This document shows positions 1 through 8,331 of a stretch of 64,000 bases of DNA, one piece after another (position 1 is the first letter of the stretch; each line of letters begins with the position of its first letter). The position numbers and the translations under genes are program-made. The notes beneath the pieces are model-generated. The model was not told the DNA's origin. It did no database searches and worked only from the letters and a program-made list of their open reading frames with translations. This stretch comes from Nitrospirota bacterium (lineage in GTDB: Bacteria; Nitrospirota; Nitrospiria; 2-01-FULL-66-17), in contig JBFLXB010000002.1 in assembly GCA_040757335.1 (NCBI GenBank), positions 36,381 to 100,380 of the forward strand, read 5' to 3'.

Positions 1-618
1 GAGTCGTTGAGCCGAGCGTATCACCGCGCCTTGGAGGCGATCGACCCGGAAGGCGATTGGCCGCGGGCGGCCATCTTTCGCGCGAGCGTTTTCAAACTGT
101 TCCATGACGCAATGGATGCCAAGTTCCGCGTCAATCGCGACGAGGTCGCGGCGTTGACCGCATACCTGGGCGGTGTGCTGCCTCCCGAGCGGGATCTTCC
201 CGACGAACGCGTGATCGACGCCGGGCGCCGGGTGTTCCGTCGGTCCGGGTGCAACGATTGTCACTTGGAGGCGTGGGTGGCGGGTGGAGCGGTCGTGCCG
301 CTGGCCACGCTGGTCGCCGGTTATGGTCAGGGCCGCGAAGCGCCCACGGTCGAGAATCCCGGCATGGGGTATGACGATCGCATCGCCCTGACGCCGGGGG
401 AGGATTCGATCGCTCGTCGGGGGTACAAGGTGCCGTCGTTGTTGGGTCTTTCGTGGTCCGCGCCGTACTTGCACGACGGATCGGCGCCGACGTTGGAGGC
501 GTTGTTCTCTCCCGAGCGGGGCGCCGGCGCGCCGCACCCGTACTTCATCGCTTCAGCCAGGGAACGGAAAGAGTTGGCGGCGTTCTTGATGGCGTGGGAC
601 GGGCGGGTGTATCCGTGA
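1..618 (+). CDS. Di-haem cytochrome c peroxidase / MauG-family protein, C-terminal portion (5' end lies outside the window)
   Basis: The ORF runs off the left edge. It has a CxxCH haem motif (CNDCH) followed by the conserved C-terminal block KVPSLLGLSWSAPYLHDGSAPTLEALF typical of bacterial CCP/MauG second haem domains. Confidence 0.6.
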   Translation, partial: ESLSRAYHRALEAIDPEGDWPRAAIFRASVFKLFHDAMDAKFRVNRDEVAALTAYLGGVLPPERDLPDERVIDAGRRVFRRSGCNDCHLEAWVAGGAVVPLATLVAGYGQGREAPTVENPGMGYDDRIALTPGEDSIARRGYKVPSLLGLSWSAPYLHDGSAPTLEALFSPERGAGAPHPYFIASARERKELAAFLMAWDGRVYP

Positions 619-640
619 GGATAAAGATCGACCCCGTCTC

Positions 641-1564
641 TTACTGGATCTTTCCCGCGTAGATCTTCATGATCGTGTCCAGGAATTTGAGCGCTTCGGG
701 CTTGGGCCGTTGGAAGGAATTGCGGCCGATGATGGAGCCGAAGCCTCCGCCGTCGCGGATCGCCCGGACTTCGCTGAACACGCGCTCGTCGTCTTCCTTG
801 GCGCCCCCGGAGAAGATCACGATCCGTCGGCCGTTGAACGCGGCCTGGACCACGTGCCGGACGCGATCGGCCAAGGTTTTGATGGGGACGCTTTGCGACT
901 CATAGACCTTCTTGGCCGCCGCCTGCTCGAGGTGGTCGGTCGGGAGTTTGACCTTGATGATGTGCGCGCCCAGTTGCGCCGCGATCTGCGCGGCGTAGGC
1001 GACCACGTCGATAGCGGTTTCCCCTTCCTTGCTGAGGCCGGAGCCGCGGGGGTAGGACCACACCACCACGGCGAGCCCCACGGCCTTGGCTTCCTCCGCG
1101 ATAGCCCGCAGTTGCTCGTACATACTCTGGCTGCGTGACGATCCGGGGTAGATGGTGTAGCCCACCGCGGCGCATCCCAACCGCAGCGCGTCGCGGACCG
1201 ATGCGGTTTGCGACGGCAGCGGATCCTTCTCGTCGTAGAGCACATCGTGATTGTTGAGCTTCAGGATCATAGGTACGTCGCCCGCGAACTCAGCGGCCCC
1301 GGCTTCCAAAAAGCCGAGCGGAGCCGCGTAGGCGTTGCAGCCCGCGTCAATGGCGAGCCGAAAGTGATAGTGGGGATCATAGCCTGACGGGTTCTGGGCA
1401 AAGCTCCGGGCCGGGCCGTGTTCAAACCCCTGGTCCACCGGCAGGATCACGAGCTTCCCGGTGCCTCCCAGGACCCCGTGGTTCAGGATACGAGCCAGGT
1501 TGGTCTTGGTGCCGGCTCCGTCGTTGGTGTACCCGTTCAGGATGGCGCGGATTCGGTCCTGCAT
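641..1564 (-). CDS. fbaB: Class I fructose-bisphosphate aldolase (DhnA/FbaB archaeal-type family)
   Basis: Strong motif agreement with E. coli FbaB: ILPVDQGFEHGP, KLNHxD, GYTIYPGS, VVWSYPRG, IIKVKLP. Start chosen at the Met preceded by GAGGAGG (MQDRIRAIL). The longer ORF-track start at 1588 is unlikely. Confidence 0.85.
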   Translation of the reverse strand: MQDRIRAILNGYTNDGAGTKTNLARILNHGVLGGTGKLVILPVDQGFEHGPARSFAQNPSGYDPHYHFRLAIDAGCNAYAAPLGFLEAGAAEFAGDVPMILKLNNHDVLYDEKDPLPSQTASVRDALRLGCAAVGYTIYPGSSRSQSMYEQLRAIAEEAKAVGLAVVVWSYPRGSGLSKEGETAIDVVAYAAQIAAQLGAHIIKVKLPTDHLEQAAAKKVYESQSVPIKTLADRVRHVVQAAFNGRRIVIFSGGAKEDDERVFSEVRAIRDGGGFGSIIGRNSFQRPKPEALKFLDTIMKIYAGKIQ

Positions 1565-1580
1565 GGCAGCCTCCTCAGGC

Positions 1581-1946
1581 TCACTCAAATGCCAAGGTGA
1601 GCAGTTGCTGGGCCGGTGCGGGTTGCGCGAAGCTGTAACTGCACAGATAGTTGACGTCCGCCAAATCCCGTTCGTCGATCGGGAAGGCCGCGCATTGGTT
1701 GGGCCGCGCGCTGTGATAAATCAAGCAGCGGGGGTTCTCGTCGGTGCCTCCCAGGAACGGGCAATGAAAGACCAACTTGCAGCATCGTCCGCAGCCCACG
1801 CATTCTCCCTGGCGGAGGGCAGCCTGGCGTCGGACGTATTCCGACGGAACCAGACAAAGAAAGAACCGCCGAATCTTGCCCCGGACCTTGGTGAAGCGCG
1901 TGGCCGACGCGCTGGGCATCAGGCGGCGTAACCGAGCCATTCGCAT
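1581..1946 (-). CDS. YkgJ-family (UPF0153) putative Fe-S/zinc-binding protein
   Basis: CxxCxxCC signature (ECVGCGRCCKLVFHCPF) plus further Cys residues. Start taken at MRMARL, which follows GAAGGAG. The ORF-track N-terminal extension is Arg/Gly-rich and probably not coding. The stop lies 16 nt upstream of the aldolase start, so they are probably one operon. Confidence 0.5.
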   Translation of the reverse strand: MRMARLRRLMPSASATRFTKVRGKIRRFFLCLVPSEYVRRQAALRQGECVGCGRCCKLVFHCPFLGGTDENPRCLIYHSARPNQCAAFPIDERDLADVNYLCSYSFAQPAPAQQLLTLAFE

Positions 1947-2023
1947 ACGAGCTCCTTCTCGTGAGTCGATAAACGCGCCACTTGTACCACAACGACGCGC
2001 GCTCTGCAATCGGGTCGCGGGTG

Positions 2024-2523
2024 TCAGGTCGAGGACGCGCCGGCCAGGTCGGCCGCCACGGCGTTGAGCGTTCGCGCGTGGTCCGCCAACCGACCCGTCA
2101 CGTCCCGCAGGCGTTGCTCCAGCCCGCTCATGCGCTCCTCGGTCAAACGCCGCTCGTGGTGCCACTTGGCTTCGGCTTCCTCCCAGCCCCGCTGGCGGTC
2201 CTCGAGCGTCCGCCGGGTATGATCGAAGGCCGAGCGGATCTCGCCTAGTTCCCGCCGGGCCGTGTCGGCTTCCACGCGCAGCGCGTGAAGCTCGGCGTCA
2301 CGCGTCTCGATGTTCTGCCGCAGCGCGCCCAGCTCGGTGCGCTGAGAAGCCAGAGTGTCCTGAATGCGGAAGTACGCGCGCATGATCTCGCCGATGGCGT
2401 GGTCGGGGAACGTGGCGGTCGGGGACAGGGGGCGACCCTCGGCCAAAGCTTGCGAACTGGCGTGCAGCCAGTCGAAATGGGTGCAGAGATCCTTGAGCCA
2501 GTCAAACGGGGATGTCGTGGTCA
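2024..2523 (-). CDS. Hypothetical coiled-coil protein (about 166 aa)
   Basis: Start at MTTTSPFDWL, preceded by AAAGGAA. The C-terminal two thirds is heptad-like and Arg/Glu/Leu-rich (RTELGALRQNIETRDAELHALRVEADTARRELGEIRS...). No recognisable family. It lies downstream of glgP on the same strand. The rest of the long ORF-track reading frame (to 3385) is antisense to glgP and rejected. Confidence 0.45.
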
Positions 2524-2625
2524 TGGCTGAATTCCTTTCTCCGCTTCGCGGGCACGGGAGTTCCGGGACGGCGGGTTCCACCACGGAACGCGCGGGCTCG
2601 CGAAGACTCCGGCATAAGGTTGAGG

Positions 2626-4338
2626 TCATCGCAGATAGGCATCGGTCACGTACCGGCGCATCATCCGGTGACTGTTGAAATACGAGGCATTCTTGCCGAT
2701 CGCGTGTTTCATGACGGCCGCCCACCCTTTGCGGTTTTCGGTATACAGCGGCAGAATCACGCGCTCGAGCTTTTCGTACAGGTCGTTCGCGTCCCGCTGG
2801 TCGTCGCCCTCGGCCGGCGCCGTCTCGCGCGGCGGCGCCCCGATCGACCAGCCGGTGATCCCTTCGATGTGCCCCTCGATCCACCAGCCGTCGAGCACGC
2901 TGAAGTTGGGCACCCCGTTGTGCGTGGCCTTCATCCCGCTCGTGCCCGAGGCTTCCAACGGCCGCCGCGGCGTATTCAGCCAGACGTCGGATCCGGAGAT
3001 GATCGTGAGCGCCATGTCCATGGTGTAGTCGGCCAGATACGCCACCGCGATCTGGCCTCTCAACGTCTCGATGGCGTTGAACAGGCGCTCGATGATCCGT
3101 TGTCCCGGGACGTCTTGGGGATGCGCTTTTCCGGCGATCACGACCTGGAGGCGGCCCTTCCCGATTTCGGCCAAGCGTTTGGGATCCGAGAACAGGAGAT
3201 CGGCTCGTTTGTACTGGGTCACCCGACGGGCGAACCCGATCGTGAGCACGTCCGGCCCCATCTCCACGCCGGTCGTCTGCTTGACCAGGGCGAGCAGACG
3301 GGCTTTGGCCGATTGGTGCGCCAGCCAGAGCGCGTCGTCCGGGATGTTGTCGACGCGAACCAGCAGTTCGGGGTCGTTGGCCCATCCGGGAAGGTAGGCA
3401 TCATACAGCGCCGCCATGTCAGGCCCGGTCCAACTGAAGCTGTGCACGCCGTTGGTGATGGCCGAGATTTCGTACCCTGGGAACAAGGCGCGCGAGACTT
3501 CGCCGTGCCGTTTGGCCACGCCGTTGACGAAGCGGCTCAGGTTGAGCGCGAGCATGGTCATGTTCAGCTCTTGTTCCCCGGCAAATCGCTTCATGACCGG
3601 AACCGGCACCGGCGCGCCGAGAACCTGTTCGACCAGATCGTACGAAAATCGGTCGTGGCCGGCGCCCACCGGCGTGTGGGTCGTGAACACACACAAGTCC
3701 TTGATTCGCTCCGCGTCCCAGATCAGATCCTCGTGCCACACGCTCTCGATAGGACGCCTGAATCGCTCCAGCAACTCGAGGGTCAGCAGAGCCGAGTGCC
3801 CTTCGTTGAGATGGTACTTCCGCACGGTCACGCCCAGGGCCTGGAGCATCTTGCCGCCGCCCATCCCGAGCACGATCTCCTGCCGCAGCCGGTAGGCCGC
3901 GTCGCGTCCGTACAGGAACGACGTGAGCTCGCGGTGCTCCGGCGTGTTCTCCGGGAGATCGGTGTCCAAGAACAACACCGGGATCCGGCCGCCGGTCGGA
4001 CTCTGCACCCAGTACAACCACGCCGCAACCGCGACCGGCCGGCGGTCGATCGTGACTCGCACCTGGGCGGGCAACCGGGTCATCAAGCGGCTCGGATCCC
4101 ACGGCCACGGGTGCGCCGATTGTCGCCCCCGATCGTCCAGCTTCTGGTGGAAGTACCCCTGACGGGTGACGAGGGTGACCGCCACCAACGGCAGCTTGAG
4201 ATCGGCGCTGCTCTTGATGGTGTCGCCGGCCAGGACCCCGAGCCCGCCGCTGTACGTCGGAATATCGGTCCGCAGACCGATTTCCATCGAGAAGTACGCG
4301 ATCTTGGGTTCGTTGGTCAGCGAATCGAGGGTCGACAC
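2626..4338 (-). CDS. glgP: Alpha-glucan (glycogen/maltodextrin) phosphorylase, GT35
   Basis: Pyridoxal-phosphate attachment signature EASGTSGMK is present (RRPLEASGTSGMKATHNGVPNFSVLDGWW). Length about 570 aa, typical of short-type alpha-glucan phosphorylases. Apparent GTG start. Confidence 0.9.
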   Translation of the reverse strand: MSTLDSLTNEPKIAYFSMEIGLRTDIPTYSGGLGVLAGDTIKSSADLKLPLVAVTLVTRQGYFHQKLDDRGRQSAHPWPWDPSRLMTRLPAQVRVTIDRRPVAVAAWLYWVQSPTGGRIPVLFLDTDLPENTPEHRELTSFLYGRDAAYRLRQEIVLGMGGGKMLQALGVTVRKYHLNEGHSALLTLELLERFRRPIESVWHEDLIWDAERIKDLCVFTTHTPVGAGHDRFSYDLVEQVLGAPVPVPVMKRFAGEQELNMTMLALNLSRFVNGVAKRHGEVSRALFPGYEISAITNGVHSFSWTGPDMAALYDAYLPGWANDPELLVRVDNIPDDALWLAHQSAKARLLALVKQTTGVEMGPDVLTIGFARRVTQYKRADLLFSDPKRLAEIGKGRLQVVIAGKAHPQDVPGQRIIERLFNAIETLRGQIAVAYLADYTMDMALTIISGSDVWLNTPRRPLEASGTSGMKATHNGVPNFSVLDGWWIEGHIEGITGWSIGAPPRETAPAEGDDQRDANDLYEKLERVILPLYTENRKGWAAVMKHAIGKNASYFNSHRMMRRYVTDAYLR

Positions 4339-4451
4339 GAGAGTTCACTATACGGCCAAGCGCGGCGCGAGTGCAAGCGGGTCGGCTGCAGGGAACGCTC
4401 GCAATACACTTTTGCTTGAAAATGCGAGAGGCTTGCGATACAACTAGCGCC

Positions 4452-5408
4452 ATGCCGGGACCAGACGAAAACGGCCGCCTCGTCGAAAACGAAATCTGGG
4501 CGATCGGCGGGGGCAAGGGGGGGACGGGGAAAACGTTTCTGGCCGCGAGCCTCGCCATCGGTCTCGCCCGCCTCGGCAAGCGCGTGATCGCCATCGACGC
4601 CGATCTCGGCTGCGCGAACCTCCACACCGCATTGGGCGCCGACCCGCCCTCGGCTACGCTGTCGGACTTCGTCAAGGGCCGGGTGAAGCACCTGGCCGAC
4701 GTGCTGGTGGATACGTCGCTGCCCACCCTGCGGCTGATCAGCGGCGCCCACGACTTTCTGGAGATCGCCAATCCCCGCTACACCGAGAAGATGAAGATGA
4801 TCCGCCAGATGCAGGAACTGGACGTGGATTACATCCTTCTCGACCTCGGCGCGGGGACGTCGTTCAATTGCCTGGATTTCTTCCTGGCCGCGGACCGCGG
4901 CATCCTCACGGTCATCCCCGAGCCCACGTCGATCGAGAACGTCTACCGCTTCATCAAGAGTTCCTTCTATCGCCGGTTCAAGCGGGCGGTGCGCAATCCC
5001 GAGATCAAGGCGCTGGTGGCCAGCGCCATGGATCAGAAGAACGAACGGGGCATTCGCACCCCCCATGACCTGATCACCGGCGTCGAGGCGATCGATCCGG
5101 AAGTCGGGGGACGGCTGCGCAAGACCATGGCCCAATTCTCGCCCAAGTTGGTGGTCAATCAAGTCCGTTCGCAGGATGACGCCGCGCTGGGGCTGTCGAT
5201 GCGGAGTTCGTGCTCGAAGTATTTCGGCATCCAGGTCGAGTATATCGGCTACATCGAGTACGACGACACCGTGTGGCGCGCCAACAAGCGCAAGCGGCCG
5301 CCGGTGCTGGAGTTCCCGGACGCCAGTTCCTCGCGCGGCATGGAGCGCGTGTTGACCAACCTCCTCAAAGGCGAACAGATCGCGCTCGATCTCTGCGTTC
5401 GGGGATGA
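4452..5408 (+). CDS. MinD/ParA-family P-loop ATPase (FlhG/MinD-like)
   Basis: Deviant Walker A GGGKGGTGKT, DxD Walker A' (IDADLG) and Walker B (ILLDLGAG). Start placed at MPGPDENGRL. Upstream in-frame residues are not conserved-looking. No strong RBS, so the start is uncertain (alternative ATG at 4422). Confidence 0.75.
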   Translation: MPGPDENGRLVENEIWAIGGGKGGTGKTFLAASLAIGLARLGKRVIAIDADLGCANLHTALGADPPSATLSDFVKGRVKHLADVLVDTSLPTLRLISGAHDFLEIANPRYTEKMKMIRQMQELDVDYILLDLGAGTSFNCLDFFLAADRGILTVIPEPTSIENVYRFIKSSFYRRFKRAVRNPEIKALVASAMDQKNERGIRTPHDLITGVEAIDPEVGGRLRKTMAQFSPKLVVNQVRSQDDAALGLSMRSSCSKYFGIQVEYIGYIEYDDTVWRANKRKRPPVLEFPDASSSRGMERVLTNLLKGEQIALDLCVRG

Positions 5409-5983
5409 AGCCGTTCCGGGAGCAGAACTTCTATGAGCTGCTTGAAGTGGCTCCGGACGCGTCCTACGAGCAACTCGCCCGCGCCTACGCGACGGTCAAG
5501 CGAACGTTCAGCCACAACTCGTTGGGGGCCCACTCGCTCTTCGACGCCAACGAGCGGAGCGAACTTCTGAAGCGGCTGGACGAGGCGTGGCACACGCTGT
5601 CGAATCCCGAGCAACGGGCGCGTTACGATCGGGAAGTCCTCGGTCTGACACCCGCGTTTCTGACCTTCGGCGACGAACGCCACGGGTCGGCTAGGCCGCC
5701 CCAGCCGCCGGCTCCGCCGCTGGCGCTGTCCGAGGTGACGGGCGCGACGCTGCGCGCCCGCCGTGAATCCATCGGCGTGCCGCTGCAGGAGATCGCCAGA
5801 AACACCCGCATCAGCATCGCGTATCTGCAGTTCATCGAAGAAGACCACGTCAAAGGCCTTCCCCACGACGCCTACCTTCGCGGCTACCTCACCCAATACG
5901 CCAAGGCCCTCGGGCTCGACCCGAACGTGGTCGCCGAGGGGTACCTCCAACACGCGAAAACGCTGCGAGGGCACAAGGGCTGA
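5405..5983 (+). CDS. Protein with N-terminal J-like domain lacking the HPD motif and C-terminal RodZ-like helix-turn-helix (HTH_25-like)
   Basis: ATGA start/stop overlap with the upstream ATPase gene, indicating translational coupling. The N-terminus FYELLEVAPDASYEQLARAYATVKRTF...NPEQRARYD follows the J-domain helix II-IV pattern, but HPD is replaced by HNS. The C-terminus ATLRARRESIGVPLQEIARNTRISIAYLQFIEED resembles RodZ/XRE-type HTH. The ORF-track start at 5210 is rejected because it overlaps the ATPase in another frame. Confidence 0.6.
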   Translation: MKPFREQNFYELLEVAPDASYEQLARAYATVKRTFSHNSLGAHSLFDANERSELLKRLDEAWHTLSNPEQRARYDREVLGLTPAFLTFGDERHGSARPPQPPAPPLALSEVTGATLRARRESIGVPLQEIARNTRISIAYLQFIEEDHVKGLPHDAYLRGYLTQYAKALGLDPNVVAEGYLQHAKTLRGHKG

Positions 5984-5991
5984 CGTGTGAC

Positions 5992-6025
5992 CCCGTGGCG
6001 CTTCTGCTAGTTGAAGCGCCACGGG
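5992..6025 (+). terminator. Perfect 13-bp stem / 8-nt loop hairpin 9 nt after the stop of the J-like/HTH gene; candidate intrinsic terminator
   Basis: CCCGTGGCGCTTC-tgctagtt-GAAGCGCCACGGG, followed by ..CTCTTATT. The T-tract is weak. Confidence 0.45.
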
Positions 6026-6097
6026 CGACGCCCTCTTATTGCATAACCGCTTCAAGGAGTGTACACTGCGTCGTGTGCACTTGATTGTGGGGGCGCG

Positions 6098-6340
6098 ATG
6101 AAGACTGCTACGGCGAAGGACCTCAGGCATAAGACGGCTGCGCTGCTCCGAGAGGTGCGTCGGGGCAAGCGCATCGGCATTACGTATCGTGGGAGGACCG
6201 TAGCGGAACTCGTTCCCCACGAGCCGGTCAAGGAGAAACCCTTCGAGCCGATCGGATTCGGTATGTGGCGTGATCGCAAGGACCTTCGAGACGTCGAGCG
6301 ATGGATGACCCGACTACGCAAGCCACGGTACACCCGGTAA
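6098..6340 (+). CDS. Phd/YefM-family antitoxin
   Basis: About 80 aa. MKTATAKDLRHKTAALLREVRRGKRIGITYRGRTVAELVP fits the Phd/YefM N-terminal pattern (...ItrrGkpvAvLvP). It overlaps the downstream PIN gene. Start at the internal ATG (6098), not the ORF-track 6059. Confidence 0.65.
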   Translation: MKTATAKDLRHKTAALLREVRRGKRIGITYRGRTVAELVPHEPVKEKPFEPIGFGMWRDRKDLRDVERWMTRLRKPRYTR

Positions 6341-6678
6341 TCCTCGACACGGACATTCTGATCTGGTACTTCCGAGCGAGCGCAAAGGCTCGGCGGTTTA
6401 TCGAAGGGGTGCCTCATGAGCAACGCATCACGTCATCGCTCGTCCTCATGGAGCTCGTTCAGGGGTGTCGGCGTCCCGAGGAGGTCGAGGAGGTTGAGGC
6501 GTTTCACCGCCAGAACATCGCGCGGGTCGTGATTCCGGATGAGTCCGTCTGCAGCCGAGCGATCGACTTGCTCAAGCGGTTTGCAGCCTCTTCAGGCTTA
6601 AGAGTTGTTGACGCGTTGATCGCGGCAACCGCGCTCGGACATCGCCTCAGCCTTGCGACTGCGAACACCAAGCACTAG
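6301..6678 (+). CDS. vapC: PIN-domain toxin (VapC family)
   Basis: 125 aa. N-terminal VILDTDILIWY with the conserved acidic Asp, plus later D/E residues (LMELVQG, DALIAAT). Overlaps the antitoxin gene by 40 nt, the usual TA arrangement. Confidence 0.65.
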   Translation: MDDPTTQATVHPVILDTDILIWYFRASAKARRFIEGVPHEQRITSSLVLMELVQGCRRPEEVEEVEAFHRQNIARVVIPDESVCSRAIDLLKRFAASSGLRVVDALIAATALGHRLSLATANTKH

Positions 6679-6766
6679 CGCGCCATTCCTGGTCTTCGAC
6701 TCGTCCCGTTCAGGCCTTAGCCGCTCTTCTCCTGCAACTTGGTCAGGTCGATCACGCTCCAGCCGA

Positions 6767-8137
6767 TCAATCGTCGCCCAGCACCCGGCTGATCGCCCCG
6801 CGGAGGGAAGAGACCATTTCCGAGAGATCATCCGTCGTTGACGCCAGCGGGGGCACCAGGACGAGTACGTCCCCGAGGGGGCGGGTGAGGAGTCCGAGTT
6901 CTCGCGCCGCGCGGCTGACCGTCCATCCGACGCGGTCGGGAACCGGAAACCTCGCCTTGGTCGCGCGGTCCCGGACCAGTTCGATGCCCGCCATCAGGCC
7001 GCACTGGCGGATCTCTCCGACGTGGGGATGTTTTTCCAGAGTGGCGAGCGCGTCGCGCAGGTGGGCGATTTTGGTGTCCAGGCCTGCAAGGACGCGGTCG
7101 TGGACAAAGATGTCGAGCGTCGCCAGTCCGGCGGCGCACGCCAGCGCGTTCCCGGTGTAACTGTGGCCGTGAAAGAACGTCCGAAACTCCGGATACTCGC
7201 CTAAAAACGCGTCGTAGATCTGTTGGGTGGCCAACGTGGCGGCGAGGGGGAGATAGCCGCCGGTCAATCCCTTGGCGACCGCCATCAGATCGGGCGTTAC
7301 CCCTTCCTTGATGCACGCAAACATCGCGCCGGTTCGGCCGAACCCGGTGGCCACTTCGTCCGCGATCAGCAACACGTCGTAACGGGTGCAGAGGTCTCGA
7401 AGGCGCTTCAGGTAACCGGGCGGCGCGGTGATCATCCCGGCGGCCGCATACACGAGCGGCTCGACGATCAGGGCGGCGATCTCTTGGTGATGTTCGGCGA
7501 GGGTTCGCTCCACATCGCCCAAACACGCTATCTCGCACGCCGGGTAGGTCAGGTCCAAATGACACCGGTAACAATACGGCGGCCGGCCGCGATACGTAGG
7601 GAACAGGTAGGGCGCGAAGCGGCTGTGGAACACGTCGATCCCCCCCACGCTCACGGCACCGACCGTGTCGCCGTGGTAGGCCAACGAGTACGCGAGCACC
7701 TTGGTCTTTTGCGGACGCGGGGGCGACGCCTGTTGCCAGTACTGGAGCGCCATCTTGAGCGCGACTTCGACGGCGGTGGAGCCGTCGTCGGAGTAGAACA
7801 CCTTGGTCAACCCGGGCGGTGCCAGCTGCACCAGGCGCTGGGCCAGGAGGATCGCGGGCGGGGAGGAGCAACCCAGCAGTGTGGAGTGGGCGACGCGCCC
7901 GAGCTGTTCGGTGATCGCGCGGTCGATCTCCGGGCGCCGATGGCCGTGAACGTTGACCCAGAGAGACGACACGCCGTCCAGATACCAGCGGCCCTCGTGA
8001 TCGCGCAGGCGCACGCCCTGTCCCTCGGTGATGATCAGGGGAGGCTCGGTCACCCATTCGCTCATTTGGGTGAACGGGTGCCAGAGGTGGGCGTGGTCTA
8101 GGTTGACGAGGGTGGCGGGGTCTTGGAGCCTGTCCAT
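6767..8137 (-). CDS. bioA: Adenosylmethionine-8-amino-7-oxononanoate aminotransferase (class III aminotransferase)
   Basis: WHPFTQM N-terminal signature, IADEVATGFGRTG PLP-lysine region, about 456 aa. No other bio genes adjacent. The overlapping 450-aa ORF 6828-8180 in another frame is a high-GC artefact. Confidence 0.85.
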   Translation of the reverse strand: MDRLQDPATLVNLDHAHLWHPFTQMSEWVTEPPLIITEGQGVRLRDHEGRWYLDGVSSLWVNVHGHRRPEIDRAITEQLGRVAHSTLLGCSSPPAILLAQRLVQLAPPGLTKVFYSDDGSTAVEVALKMALQYWQQASPPRPQKTKVLAYSLAYHGDTVGAVSVGGIDVFHSRFAPYLFPTYRGRPPYCYRCHLDLTYPACEIACLGDVERTLAEHHQEIAALIVEPLVYAAAGMITAPPGYLKRLRDLCTRYDVLLIADEVATGFGRTGAMFACIKEGVTPDLMAVAKGLTGGYLPLAATLATQQIYDAFLGEYPEFRTFFHGHSYTGNALACAAGLATLDIFVHDRVLAGLDTKIAHLRDALATLEKHPHVGEIRQCGLMAGIELVRDRATKARFPVPDRVGWTVSRAARELGLLTRPLGDVLVLVPPLASTTDDLSEMVSSLRGAISRVLGDD

Positions 8138-8331
8138 GAAAGGCCATCTGCGGCGTTGCCGCTTGCGCTCCGGTGCTCACGTACGTACCCAGTACGCTCC
8201 GCTCCGGTGCTCAGCGGCGCCTGGCATCTGGCCTTCCCTGAACAGGCTCCGCTTTCGCGGTGAGTCGGACGGGTTCCTATCCGATCGGCCAAGGCGGTCA
8301 AGGGACCACCCCGGCGGCGACATGCGCGCTG

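Noticed and set aside
2512-4419. 635-aa plus-strand ORF
   Set aside because: Exactly antisense to glgP, whose minus-strand product carries the unmistakable EASGTSGMK PLP site. The plus-strand translation is Arg/Gly/Pro/Val-rich with no motifs, a typical high-GC antisense artefact.
4317-5162. 281-aa minus-strand ORF and 5249-6220 minus-strand 323-aa ORF
   Set aside because: Antisense to the MinD-like and J-like/HTH genes. No motifs. High-GC read-through.
6828-8180. 450-aa minus-strand ORF overlapping bioA in another frame
   Set aside because: Extremely Arg/Pro/Gly-rich low-complexity translation. bioA in the alternative frame has canonical class III aminotransferase motifs.
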